Source: the human T2T-CHM13v2.0 reference genome, Homo sapiens
Assembly: GCF_009914755.1 (NCBI RefSeq)
Contig: NC_060927.1
DNA: 64,000 nucleotides
Reading direction: 5' to 3' (one strand)
Shown: one piece after another, positions 1-16,881 of the stretch
Position numbering within the stretch: the stretch's first letter is position 1
Layout of the letters: each line of letters starts with the position of its first letter
Translations under genes and position numbers: made by a program
The notes under the pieces: model-generated
Told to the model about the DNA's origin: nothing
The model's database searches: none
What the model saw: only the letters and a program-made list of their open reading frames with translations

Positions 1-2090
<2,090 letters not shown>

Positions 2091-2239
2091 GTTTAAGTTC
2101 TCAAGAAGCTTCTTAAACATGCACATGCCCCTCCACGCTGTGGGAAATCAGAAAATTTAAGATGTGGATAAGGCTTGGAAAAACCCAGGAGATGTTGGTG
2201 TGCAGCCAGGGTTACGGTCACTACTGCAACATGAGTGAA

Positions 2240-2400
2240 AGCAGAGGCTTTGTATATGAGTCACAGCCCTGATACTTAACAGTTTGCAATATTGGGCACA
2301 GAATCACTTAACAGATAAAAAAAAAAAATGGGTATGAGAATAGTTTCTACCCCAGAAGGTTGTTGTGAGGATTAAGTGAGTTAACAACACTTAAAAAGAA
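2240..2400 (+). mobile_element. MIR fragment
   Basis: MIR core: aaatggg...gaaggttgttgtgaggattaagtgagttaa. Confidence 0.65.
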
Positions 2401-4599
2401 AATATCAAATATAGCAATATGTAACAGTATGTCATATAATGCTAATAAAATGATGATGATGATGTAGATGTAGTCTTAACCACAACTTGGATGTCCTGGT
2501 TTCCTTTAGTATCACATAAAAGCCCAACGGAAATGCCCCTCTTGTACCTGTATTTATCCTGACCCATATTTTCCTTTATGATTGAAACACGAAACCTTGC
2601 TTATTTCTTTTGATTTGTCCCAGAATGAACCTTACTTATTTCTTTTTTGGAAGGGTCAGTGTGGCTGGGCAAACACACGTTTTTTTATGCCAGATACGTG
2701 TGAACCTTTCTTCTAATTATTCCTGTCCAGGAATTTGTGAGATTATCAAGCAGCTATCAGCTTGTGGGCTGACATTTCTGTCCTTGTGTAATTGCCCCTT
2801 AAACATGCAAATTCAGATGGAGCAGCCCGTAGCTCAGAGCCCTAATAAAGAAAAATGTGACTTACTAAAAGGCTTTTCCTCCATTGTAGCTCAAAGTCAT
2901 ATTAATGGATATTAGTGTGGGGACTTAAGTGGCACGATCCCATGTGGCCATGCTGGTGGGAGGGAGTCTTGCCTGTGTCAGGGAGAGCAGGCCTAGAATC
3001 ACCAACCTGATTAGAAAAGGAAAAACACCTTTAACCCCCTACTGACCTTTTGTGGTTTCATGATACCAAGGCAGCAAAAGTTCCAGAAGGAAAGTTCAGT
3101 GAGCCAGCACAGTGATGGAACTCAGTCCTCTGAAATGACAGCACAGGGGTGCCACCATGATGGTATACCATGATGTGTCACCTGCCAAGCTACCTCTAGT
3201 GTTTTCTCATTTATAGATGTCCTTCTACACTTTTTTTTTGTATAAACGTGGGCTCATGTAGTATGCATACCCGTTTCTTAACAGTAGGCGTTCATGTTAG
3301 CGGTCTTCAACTTGTCATTCTCTCTGTGCCCTGCCAAATAGAGGCAAGGGTGCCAGTCTTGGGTTCTGTACCTGTCACCCACAGCCTGTATGCCTCGGAC
3401 AAGTCATTCTGGGTCTCTGAGCTATGGGGGCCAGGACTAGGAGACACTGTGCTACAGCCATTAAGAATCCAGCTTTGAAGCCCCCAAAGACCTGGATTTG
3501 ACCCCTGAGCATGCTGACATCAGCGGGGTGGACCTGGAAGATTCATTCCACCTGTCTGGCCTTCGGTTTCCTTACCTGTGAAGTGGGAATGATGTTCCTC
3601 CCAGTTGCTGTGAGCATTCAGGTTGTTCTGGAGAGGCTTCTCCCTGGCAGAGGTTTACAGGTGGACTGCTCGGAGGCTGGCCCAGTCACTTGCTGTAGAG
3701 TACAACTGGTCTTTGAATTTGGTAAATTTTGAGCTTAAAGGAAAAAAAATGGCCGTATTCTTGTCATTAATTATCTTTCTTTATAATTCTTATTATTTTT
3801 GTTGTTTCTTATCCAGTTTGGGATGTTAAGTGATATAATTTTTTTATTGCTTTACTTTGGATATTTTAGATTTCACAAGCGGCCGTCAGGAATTTTAGGA
3901 GTGTGTATTTGGGCAGATGTATTTAGGGTAGAGGTGGGCAGGCAGACAGCTTCTGTGGCTGTAGGAATGTGTGTTGGAAATGGAGGGAGCTGGCTGCCAG
4001 GCTGCCTTTGCAGTCCATTGTAGACCCAGTCCTTCAGTATTGGGTGAGGTCCTGGATTCTAAGCAGCTTGCAGGAAAGAGCTGACAGTGCCCAGGTCAAA
4101 GTCGTGGGGGATGTGAACATCTTAGGCAAGTGGTCCCTCCTCCTTCACTTCTTGGGATTCCTTAGCACAGTTCAGTTTCTTTGTTGCTTCCTTCAGTGAC
4201 ACCAATGAGACTATGGGTCCCATCCATGCTACCTCCAGTGCCCTGTTCTTGCATGCACTGTACCGTATGTGGTCACAGCTGGGACTGTTCTGCCTGCGCT
4301 GCTGGTGGAGCTCTCCTGGCCCGGCACTTGGTGGGTGCTCCATAGTTGCTGGTTGAAAGATGCAAGATTTGATGAGCCCCGTGGAGCTGGAAAAGCTGAC
4401 ACTATGTACCTGTGATTAAGTTGAGAGGGAATGGGAAAGGACTGTGTTTTTCCCACTCCGAAGGGCAGTGAGCACATTTGTGTATAGAGCTAATCAGAAG
4501 CAAACCTGGGGAAATGTTTCCTTCATTTCCTCACAAGACCAGCCCAGACTTGGCATCACGTATCTTCAAAGTAAGATAGGAAAATTGGACTCAACTAAT

Positions 4600-4790
4600 G
4601 TAACATTACTATTTTTGAAGGACTCACTATACACCAGGCACTGGGCTAAGTGCTTTAAATATATTATCTCCTTCAGTTCTCACAGCAGCCCTCTGAAGAT
4701 CAGCTCTGTTCCATCCCCCTCATTTTATAAATGAAGAAGGGAACTCAGAGACGTTGTTTAACTGGCTGAGGGTTACACAGCCCATTCGTA
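4600..4790 (-). mobile_element. MIR
   Basis: ccaggcactgggctaagtgcttt...cccctcattttataaatgaag...actcagaga. Confidence 0.75.
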
Positions 4791-6109
4791 TGCTCAACCA
4801 TATGCAATATTGCCTGAATGTGAAATCTTCTGTAGGAAATGAACATCTGGGAGATTGTGCTTTGTTGGCTAAGCTGAAAAAAGCTGTGTCCTCTTGTGGT
4901 CTCTCCCTGAGTCATACACACTGGCACCACTGAGACCGGCCTAGCTGTTTCTCAGGGCTCAGGTGGGCTGAACAGGCCAGAGAATACTTTCCTCCCATGC
5001 TATAGTTTTGAGGAGATGAATCTTCTTTTGGTTTAAAGAACACAGAGTTCAGGACACCCGGAATAAGCCCTTTAAGAGCCTGCAGAAACTTGAGCTGGCA
5101 ACTGCCATGGCTTTTAAGATGTGATGGTTTGCTCTGTCTTGTGTGCTGGTCGAGGATGGATTATTCGAAGCTGTGGGAACAGCTGACATGCTCTAGCAAT
5201 TTGTCTGAATCTTGTTTCTGCATTTCCTGCTTACAGAAGAGGATTTTTACATACCTACTGATTGTAGATTATCACGTCTGCACACCTGTTGGGGATAAAC
5301 TTGGGCCAGGACTTACAGTGCTTCAGAATTACAGGTAGTCCTGGCCCAGCTGCCTCTTGGAGGAAGTTGATAGGGAAGTATGACGGAAGGATATTCATAG
5401 TTCCCTTTAAGTGGCAAATTGAAAAAACCCACTTAATCAAAAAAATGGCTGTGGTTCATCATGTTTCAATCTCGTTTTGAGCTGCCTCTATACCCTCAGA
5501 AGATTTTTTCCCCTTGTGCAAGCAGAACTTTTGATTTCTGTCTTCATTTATCAGCTTGCAGTGAATAAGCTTGTCTCTGAGCCTGGCAATGAGAGCCTGG
5601 CTATGGAAATGTCATTCTGGTGAGGGCGGCATCTCTTGCTGTGTGGCAGAGTCCAGGAGAAGCAAAGTTAATTGTGTTTCTGTGATGTCCGGGTTCGGAA
5701 TGTCGGAAGTCATCATTCCAAGTCAGAGGGATTGGCTAGTTACTGAGAAACTTGAATTGCTTGGGTGGAATCCTGACCAAGAGGACTTTGAGGCAGAGGA
5801 GACAATTTTAGAAATTTGCAGCATTGGCAAAAATAAAAAACGGATTTTTGTCTATTCATTTGCCATGTTGTCACTGCGCTAGTCAGGTCAGTCTTCCTGT
5901 TCTGAACATAAAATTCCCTCTGCGGATGGTCAGGGTGCCTGGAGCAAGCAGAGCAGTTGCCTTTTTCATTTCACCCTTGGCTTGGCAGCCGGTGTCTTGC
6001 CTCTCCGCGAGCCCACACTGCCTCTCTCACCTCATTTTCCATCACTTGCCATCAAGTCTCCACAGTGAGGGTGGCTTTCTGCCTGACCCTGTGGATGCCC
6101 TGCCCATTT

Positions 6110-7075
6110 TCTTTTTTTGTTTGTATCAATGTAGGGGGTAAAAGTGTGGGGAAGAGAAAGAGAGATCCAATTGTTACTGTGTCTTTGTAGAAAAAGGAAG
6201 ACATAAGAAACTCCATTTTGATCTGTAGAAAGAAAAATTGTTCTGCTTTGAGATGCTGTTAATCTGTAACTTTAGCCCCAATCCTGTGCTCACAGAAACA
6301 TGTGCTGCATTGAATCAAGGTTTGAGATTTAGGGCTGTGCAGCATGTGCCTTGTTAACAATATGTTAACAAGTACAGTTTTGCTGCATGGATACATTGAG
6401 TAGTGGTGAAGTCTGGGCTTGTGATGTAACCATCACCTGAATAGTGTACATTATACCCAATAAGGAATTTCTCATCCCTCACCCCGCTCCAATGTTTACA
6501 ATATCTATTATTTCATTCTCTATGTCCATGTGTACGCATCATTTAGCTATCATTTGTAAATGAGGACATGCACTATTTCACTTTCTGTTTCTGAGTTATT
6601 CCACTGAAGATAATGGCCTCTAGTTCCATCCATGTTGCTGCAAAAGACATGATTTCATTCTTTTTATGGGTGAGTAATATTCCATGGTATACATACCATA
6701 CATTTTCTTTATCCAGTCATCCATTGATGGACACTTAGGTTGATTCCATATCTTTGTTATTGCGAATAGTGCTGCAATAAACATTTGGATGCATGGATCT
6801 TTTTGATATACTGACTTCTTTTCCTTTGGGTGTGTACCCAGCAGTGGGATTGCTGGATCAAATGATAGCTCTATTTTCAGTTCTTTGAGAAATTTTCATA
6901 CTGTTTTCCATAGAGGTTGTACTACTTTACATTCCCACTAAGAGTAGGATAAGCCCCTTTCTCTGCATCTTCACCAGCATCTGTTATTTTTTTGACTTTT
7001 TGATAATGGCCATTCTTACTAGTGTAAGACGGTATCACATTGTGGCTTTAATTTGCATTTCTCTCATGATTAGTG
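6110..7075 (-). mobile_element. 5'-truncated L1MA-type 3' end, antisense, interrupted by an LTR5 fragment
   Basis: L1 3'UTR antisense signature (gtagtggtgaagtctgggctt...gttccatccatgttgctgcaaaagacatgatttcattc); TSD gccctgcccattt (6097-6109) / gccatgcccattt (7076-7088). Confidence 0.85.
6145..6366 (+). mobile_element. HERV-K(HML-2) LTR5 (LTR5A/B-like), 5' ~220-bp fragment
   Basis: Begins TGTGGGGAAGAGAAAGAGAGATC..ATTGTTACTGTGTC and follows the LTR5 U3 consensus (aaactccattttgatctgta, gagatgctgttaatctgtaac, gaaacatgtgctg). Confidence 0.88.
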
Positions 7076-7307
7076 GCCATGCCCATTTCCTCCTCAGGGT
7101 TTCAGCAGACTTGCCCTCCTACCTGCCTGACATCCCATCTGTCCTTTTCCTGTCTGTCTAAACCCTGTCTGCTTTCAAAGCCACCTAGCCTCATTCCTGA
7201 AAGCTTCTCAAATCCTGTCAACCTTAGAGCTCTTACAGAAATTGGTGGTGGAATGATGCAGTCCGTGGTTTACTTTCTTGCATTGTTCTGAGTGTGCTGG
7301 TTCCTAG

Positions 7308-7846
<539 letters not shown>

Positions 7847-7849
7847 ATA

Positions 7850-7985
7850 GGGTGTGTAAATGTTGAAGCAAGTGGGATAAAGTGTTCAAAATAGGACAAT
7901 CTAGGAGAAAAATATACAGGTGTTCTTTGTGCTATTTTTATTCTTGAAAATTTTCTGTGCATTTGTGAATGTTTCCAAATAAAAA
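7850..7985 (+). mobile_element. L1ME 3' terminal fragment
   Basis: tatacaggtgttctttgtgctatttt...gtttccaaataaaaa resembles L1ME 3' ends. Confidence 0.55.
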
Positions 7986-8656
7986 CGTATTTATTAACCA
8001 CTGTGGTTATCCTGGAGCCCTCTCTTGCACACACCCACATCCTGTCCCACCAGAAGTCTGTCAGCTCCCTCTGCAGGACAGCTTCCATTGCCACCCTCCT
8101 TGCACGCTCTTCTGGTGACCACCCTGGTCCAGGCTGCCGTCTTCTCTTGCCTGGCTGGCTGTGATTGCCTCTTAAGTGACAGTTCTTGCTTGCATCTCTG
8201 TTTCTGGACAGTCTTTTCTCGACATCTCAAAATAGCCAGGGTAATCTTTTTTGGTGGCAGAATTATGGGTAGTTTTTAATTCTTCTTTTGTTAAAATTTT
8301 TAAAATTGACAAATAATAATTGTGTGTAGTTCAAGGTGGTCTTTTTAAAACATGCATCAGATTGCATCACATCTCCACTCACAACTGTAACCTTCTGATA
8401 GAAGAGCTTCCCTGCCCTCCTGCCTTCTCAGAGCTCATTTCCTCCCCTGCTCACTCGGAGCTGTTCTTCACCATGTGAAGCTCATCAGCACATGGTGGTC
8501 TTCCCACGCGATGCTCCATCTGCCTGGAAGCCTTTCCCGCTGTAATGGTATATGGCCTCTCTCTCTTCATTCGTTCACTCCATTTGTTTAAATGCTACAT
8601 CCTCAGAAATGCTGTCTCTGACCAACTTCTTAAAAAAAAAAAAGAAAAAAGATTCT

Positions 8657-8971
8657 GGCTGGGCATGGTGGCTCATGCCTATAATCCCAACACTTTGGGA
8701 GGCCAAGGCTAGAGGATTGCTTGAGCCCAGGAGTTAAAGAGCAGCCTGGCCAACATGACAAAACGTTGTCTCTACAAAAAAAAAAATAGAAAAATTAGCC
8801 AGGCATGGTGGTACATGCCTGTAGTCCCAGCTACTTAAGAGGCTGTGGTGGGAGAATTGCTTGAGCTAGGGAGGTTGAGGCTGCAGTGAGCTGAGATTGC
8901 ACCACTGCACTGCAGCCTGGGTGACAGAGCTAGCCTCTGTATCAAAAAATAAACAATATAAGTAAAATAAA
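8657..8971 (+). mobile_element. AluJ
   Basis: ggctgggcatggtggctc...gaggattgcttgagcccaggag (J-type), A-rich tail. Confidence 0.92.
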
Positions 8972-9144
8972 TGATTCCTATCTTCTCCGTCATTCCCAAT
9001 TCTTCTCTGACTTTATTTTTTCATGGTAAAAATGACCCATTTGCCACTACTGAAATTGTTTTATCCTTCATCATTCCAGTAGAATGCAAGCTCCATGGGG
9101 GAAGGGCTTTGGTTCATTCTCTGCTGTATTTTTATAGCCTGGAA

Positions 9145-9333
9145 CAGTGGCTCACATATCGTGGTCCCAAAACAACAGCATCAATATCATCTGGGAACTT
9201 GTTAGAAATGAAAAATTCTGGGTCCTCCCCCAGATCTACTGAATCAAATACTCTGGAGAGAGTGCCCAGCAATCTTGTTTTTTTACAAGTCCTCCAGTTG
9301 ATTCTGATGCATTTTAAAATTTAGGACTCACCG
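9145..9333 (+). mobile_element. MER5A (hAT-Charlie MITE)
   Basis: cagtgg...gtggtccc...cagcatc...ctgggaacttgttagaaatg...ctactgaatca...gattctgatgca. Confidence 0.85.
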
Positions 9334-11105
9334 CTTTAAAATAGTGCCTCAAATAAAGTAAGTTCTAAGAAATATTTAAATGAATAAGCAAATATTCAGT
9401 GTCCTTTTGTGTCACACTGCCTATTTTTTGTTGTTTTCTTGATTCATAAACTTACCATTTTATTCTATAAAAGCATAAGTTTTTCATTATAACAATGTTC
9501 ATGTGTCAGTTTTGGACTTTGTGAGGATTCAAGGTTAAAATATGACTTCTATTTTTATTCTCTCTGTGCCTGCCATCTCCTTTGTTTTATGTGGATGTTA
9601 AGCTATTATATCCTTCATTGATTTACATTTCCAATAATGGCTGTAATTGAGAAAACAGAATATTGAGAACTCTAAATTATTAATAATTATAGAGGTATCA
9701 CTTTATGCTGTTGAATATTTATTAAGAGAATATATGATAGCAGGCTGTGTCCTGAGCTGGCAAACTGGCCCAAGCTGGAGTTCACATCAGGACATATTGT
9801 CCAACTAAAAGTAGAAGCTGCAAGATGGACAGGTCACCTGTCGGGAGGCTGAATTATGTCTGATGTGACTAGAGCCTGTGCTGGTCAATTTGTCAGTGTC
9901 AGCTCTGAACTCATTCTTGTCTGGAAAACAGATGAAGTGGCCACCAGGTAGAATGACCCAAAATAAAAGAGGCTAAAAGGTTATCTGTTGGAAAATTAGA
10001 AGTTTCAACTTACAGAGGATCTCTTGGAGATTTCACTGCTAAGAGCTATTTAGACGTGACTGTTAGTGGTTGTGTTTTATGTATTCCATCTAAAAATGTG
10101 GGCTTTCTACTTGAATCACCCTAAAGCAGCAAAAAGTTATTAAAAACATCCAGTGTTCAGCCTTGACCTCTAATCCTATGATATAGAGCTAGTGAAAAAC
10201 TGCCAGGCTGATAGTGGCATGCCGCATACACGAAACAGGTCATTATATGTAGGGGGTGATAAAATAGACTGGCATTTATCAGTATAGAGGTGGTCGTCCT
10301 GGGTCATTGGATTATAGGTTGCCCTTTTCCTTCTCTCTTCCTGCACTTTTTGGATTTTATGCTGTGAACATTTTTGTGCATGTGTTTGGAATATTTATGG
10401 TTAGGTTGGAACACTTTCCATTTGTTTATGAATTGAGATATGCAGAGAGGGAGCAGGACAATCTCAAGGACGATGGGGACCCACCCCACAAGGGATTATC
10501 CATGCTCCTATGATGGGAACTCCTCCAGAAACCAGCCAGGCCAACAGCCCAGTAATGGGCAAATGTGTTCTCCACAGGGTGACCGCATGTCCCCATGTCA
10601 CTCTTACTTCCATGGCTCACTTTGCTGCTGCTCTGTGAGCCAGCTCTGGGTAGGTGGCCAGTGAACAGACTGGCCCTGGGCCACAGCCAGCAGGCCCCAA
10701 AAGCAGAGAATGCCATGTGCTGGGGGAGTGATCCTAGCCAAGAATGGGGTGAGATGAGGACCCTGGGCATTTCTGCAGAGCATCTTTCCTCTGTCTCTTT
10801 CTCTCACTCTGATAGAATAGCTGAAGCCTATTCTCTTGCTATTATTAGAGCAGCTGCCATGCATCAAGTGTTCTTGGGTGCCCAGCGCTGTGTCACCTTT
10901 GGAGAAGTCCCTTCCCCTTTCCCACTTGTGAAAGGTGGCTGTCTCCACCTCACCTCGGTGGCGGAGATGCAGTGCCAGGCGCCAGGCAGACTGTTGCGCA
11001 TGAATAAATGCTCGATAAATGGCTATCACTCCTGTCAATAACAATGACTCTCTCTTAGTCCTATCAGCTAAGTATTGTTATCCTCTTTTTACAGATAAGG
11101 AAACC

Positions 11106-11110
<5 letters not shown>

Positions 11111-11137
<27 letters not shown>
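11111..11137. repeat. (AG)13 microsatellite within a MIR cluster (about 10880-11750)
   Basis: Direct reading; flanking MIR cores (acagataaggaaaccaaggc; tgtgaaatggggg). Confidence 0.9.
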
Positions 11138-11141
<4 letters not shown>

Positions 11142-12959
11142 AGAAGGGAGGGACAGACAGGCACAGAGACACACAGAGCAGAGGATTGCAGGCATGTTGA
11201 TCATCTCATGAAGAGCTCCTCTTTGGCCATGTGCGCGATTAGGGTTAACTTTTCCTGGAACTTGCACACTGACTCTGAGGGCAGAGGCACATTATGTGGT
11301 GGTGAAGCAAGTGGGCTCTGGACTAGAGGGCATGGTTAAATTCTTGCCCTCACCTCTCCATGCTTAGGAACTTGGAGGAAATGCTTCAAACACACGTACC
11401 CCGTCCCTTGCTTGCCTCTCTGTGAAATGGGGGTGTAATAGCACTCCCTCATTGGAGTCACTTATTTTACAAACATTCAGTGAACACTTACTATGGGTCA
11501 TGCACTTGCAGGGAAACAGCTCCACCATGGTTGTATCCAAACAGAATAATGGCAGCAATTATGTTTTGAGTGCCTACTGGAGCGAGGCCCTACGCTGAGC
11601 ACCATTTCTACTGAGTTATCCCTGATACTCAGGTCACAGTGGGAAGAAGACATGGGATGCCACATTTTACAGGGAATCAGAGGGTTCCTACCTGTTCATG
11701 GACACTCGGGCATAGTCAAGTAGGGATTTGAACCTGGCTGTTTGTTTGCCTTGAGGTCCTCACTCCCTGTGGTTAGGCAGCACCTACAGAAACTGTGAGA
11801 CAATGCTTGGGAAGCATACCAGCGGCTCACTCCGGACCTGAGCTGGGCACCATGTCTGTGGGAGAGCTACACCTTGGCCTTTGTTTCTGGCCCCGACTTG
11901 TACCTGGCTGAGACATCTCTGTTCGTTGCTCTCATCCTCCATGCAGAAATCTGAGAGGGCTCGTGGTTCCTCTCTGTGACCCACACTGGGACCCTGGCTG
12001 TGTGCTCTTCATTCACTAACATTTTTCACCCAGGAGTGCTCCACCCTGCACAGTCACGTGAGTGTCCACCTGGGGAGTAGAACTCAGGAGGTGATCTGGG
12101 CTCTGGTATCAAACCTGCTGAGAACCAGCTTCAGACAAGTCACATCACCTCCTTGGGCCTTTTAGATTACTTAAGGATCTGCCAACCCTGCCACTGTCCA
12201 CCCCATGGGCTGCTCCCTAGCACCCCAAGGTTGCTTGACTGAGAGCAATATTTGGCAAGTTAAATTGATGTGGACATTAATCAAATACCACCATACTATC
12301 AGCCAATGAATCCCATACCAGCCTGCTATGAATGCCTTCCCAGGAAACTGAACAGCTCTGTTGTGTTCTGTGCTGTTCTGTTCTTTTTCTCAGTCTCTCT
12401 TTCCTCCCCCTCCTCCAGCGTCCCTTGGGGGAGTCCTCATCCGTTCATGAAGGAAGCTGTGTTAGGCATGCCCTCATGGCTAAGAGAAGACAGAGAGCAC
12501 CCTTGCCCCTTCACAGCTTCTTTCCCTGGCCTTGTGGGCTGTAATGCTCCTCTGACAACACAAGGGGGATTTGAGGATCCAGGCAAGCAGAGAGAGAGAG
12601 GATGCCAAGCTTCTGGGCATTCACAGGGGCTACCTCAAGGGAAGGCCGGCTTTCTCCTAACAGACTTAGCCCGTGTTCTGAGGGATTCACTGTCCTCCCA
12701 TGCTGCCTTGTCTTCATTGCCTTTGGCCCTGGTGCAAAGATGCGGAGAATTATGGGGGTGCTCCATAATTTCTGTACAAGGTGCATCCATGTGCATGAGT
12801 GACCCCTGGCCCATTTCTCTTAAGGGGGCGGGACCAGAAGAGTCCATACTATATGTATGAATTTGTCTTAGTTTTGAACTTTGGAAATGTGGCCCCAGTA
12901 ATTTACTTATTCTCTCTTTACGTTGGTTTCTGTCAATAAAATGTGGTCAAGAGGACTTT

Positions 12960-13330
12960 TCTCGTGGCTCTGCTGCTAACTGTGTGACCTTGGACATGTT
13001 ACTTGGTGGCTTACGTTCACTTTTGCCGTCTGTAAAATGAGAATTACATTAGTACTCACCCTAGAGTTGTTTTGATTCAATGTGTTGTCATCCATAGCTG
13101 TCTTAGGATAGCTCCTTGACACATCCTGAATGCTCAGTTGTGTCGGCCGTGTTCATGTTCCACTAGCTCCTAGTAGGGTCACCTAGGGCAAATTACTTAA
13201 GCCTTCTATGGCTTCAGTTTCCTCATTTGTAAGTGTGCATAATAGGACCTTTATCATAGAGGCTTAAGTGAGCCACAGCATGAAAGTGTTTAGCTGAGCA
13301 AATGGAGAGTGCTGTATACATGACCAGTGT
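12960..13330 (+). mobile_element. Tandem MIR fragments
   Basis: ctgtgtgaccttggacatgttactt...ctgtaaaatgag; gggcaaattacttaa...cagtttcctcatttgtaa. Confidence 0.7.
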
Positions 13331-14599
13331 TATTTTTTTAGGGAGATGTGTTATTGAAAGTGCCCCTATTTCTCCTTCTCCTGTGTTACTTCTTATTCAA
13401 ATGCAGCCTAGTGAACAGTTAATGGTGTCTTGCCCAGGACCATCAGTATCCTGTTGCATTTTGAAGGGGTGTGTGTGTGTTGTATGTGCTAAATGTTTTC
13501 TTTTGCTTTGTGGCATTTGTGTGGTGTGTACCCTATTTCCATGTGAAGGTGTGCGTCTCTTTGCCTTCCGCTACTTTTGCTTTCCTGACCAAAGTCATCT
13601 CAATCTCAGTTGACCAGGTCCTTGTGGACACACACATGACAGTGCTCACAGAAGTGAAGGGTGAGAATATGTTCTGAATAGTCATCTCTGTTTTCAAAGC
13701 TTTATTTTTTCAAAATTGGTAAAGCTCAAAGGCTGGGGCAGGCAGCTCACAAATTGTGAGTGTGAGGGGCTCCTCTGCTTGATTAAAGAAATTTCTGAAG
13801 AAAGAAATGTGTTTAACTGGGAGACTGGTGAGATGTGTCAGAAAGTATTCTCTGCGCCAGCCAGTTTGTGGCCGGGTATTTTAGGACCAGTTTTGCAAAG
13901 CTGCTGACGAGCAGGCCCTGCTTCTGGGTTGGAAGAGAGGAACCGCCATCCATTTTCCCTAAAAGAAGAAAAATAGGTGAGCCTGGAAAGTCTGTGGGTA
14001 GGAGTGAAATAATCACCAACTCAATTTGCAGCCGTCTTGGAAGAGATAAGCTGTTGTTTCTTCCCAAGTGAATTTCTGCAAAGAACAGATCCTACCAAGT
14101 GAGCCTCATCTCCTCTAATCAAGTGGTGGCCGGGCTATTGAACATGATGATTGTCCTCAGCATCCCTTTCACTTGGCCTGTGAGGCAGAGCTGGAGTCTT
14201 GGCAGTTTATGGAAATAATGATTTCCTGCAAGAACTTCCAATTCAGCGGCATCCTCAAACCCAGATGCCTCCCTGGATAACAGCGTTTCTCCCCTGGCTA
14301 ACAGACTGATGACTGGTAAATGTTGACCTCAAGTAAGAAACAATAGTGAACTGCGAAGCTGCTGCTAAGCTTTTTAAAAATAATTGAAGTACCAAATATA
14401 AAGCTAAATATAATTTGCCGTTATCTTCCCCAAGATACCATGGGCATTTTGAATTTGATATTATTTTTCAGAAATAAAATAATCATTTTCATCTGCTAAT
14501 GTTGTCTCATGTTAAGGTAACGTGGGAAATCGTCAGACAGGACTCACAACCCAGTCATTGTTCCATAGTATGCATTGGTCGGGTATATATAAAATGGTC

Positions 14600-14888
14600 G
14601 GGTAAATAGGTAGTGGTTGGATTCTGGTGAGGACTCTTTTCCTAGTTTGCAGTTGGCTGTTTTCTTCCTGTGTCCTCAGATGGCAGTAAACAAGCAAGAG
14701 AGGAAGCGAGCTCTCTTATGTCTCTTTTTTTTAAAGGCACTAATTTCATCATGAGTGTTCCCTCTCATGATTTAATTACCACCCAAAGACCCCATCTCCT
14801 AGTACCATCACACTGGGGATTGGGGATTATTGTAGGTATCCCCACAATCTATGAATTCTGTGGGGACATAAACATTCATTCCATAGCA
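14600..14888 (-). mobile_element. MLT1A-type MaLR LTR
   Basis: tctggtgaggactct...aaaggcactaatttcatcatgag...ggggacataaacattcattccatagca. Confidence 0.75.
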
Positions 14889-15624
<736 letters not shown>

Positions 15625-16000
15625 TGCTACAAAATAACTAGCCAGGGCTCTTCTGAGTCTTGTTGGGCAGTTTCTCAAGTTACCGTCACGTGGTGCTGCC
15701 GGAGGAAGTGGAAAGCATCAAGAAAGATCATGAAGGATGAAGAAAGACTGAGGATCTGTCCTGAATTAGAGACTAGAGAGGCAGGCAATGTGTAGTCCTG
15801 GATTGAAGCTAGGCCCAGACAAGGACATTGATGAAATTTAAATAAGATCTGTAGATTTAGGTGATGGTTTCATAGCAGTGGCAATGTTGTGGTTTTGATT
15901 CTTGGCTGTGGTTAAGTAAGAGGTTAACATTTAGGAAAGGGTGTGTGTGGGTTTTTTTTTTTTTCGTACAATTTTTGCAAGTTTTTTGATGTTTGAAATG
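15625..16000 (+). mobile_element. Old L1M 3' end fragment (resumes briefly after the MLT2 LTR)
   Basis: aagaaagactgagga...tcctggattg...aagatctgtagatttag resembles L1MC/ME 3' UTRs. Confidence 0.55.

Positions 16001-16881
<881 letters not shown>

Larger units (their letters stand above)
8090..9390 (+). mobile_element. L2 fragment, interrupted by AluJ and MER5A
   Basis: L2-like segments (ccaccctggtccaggc, gcctggaagcctttccc, gaatgcaagctccatg); boundaries approximate. Confidence 0.6.

Noticed and set aside
12270-12860. Longest ORF in the track (196 aa)
   Set aside because: No recognisable domain, a non-ATG start and intronic low-complexity composition; [14 protein letters not shown] chance.
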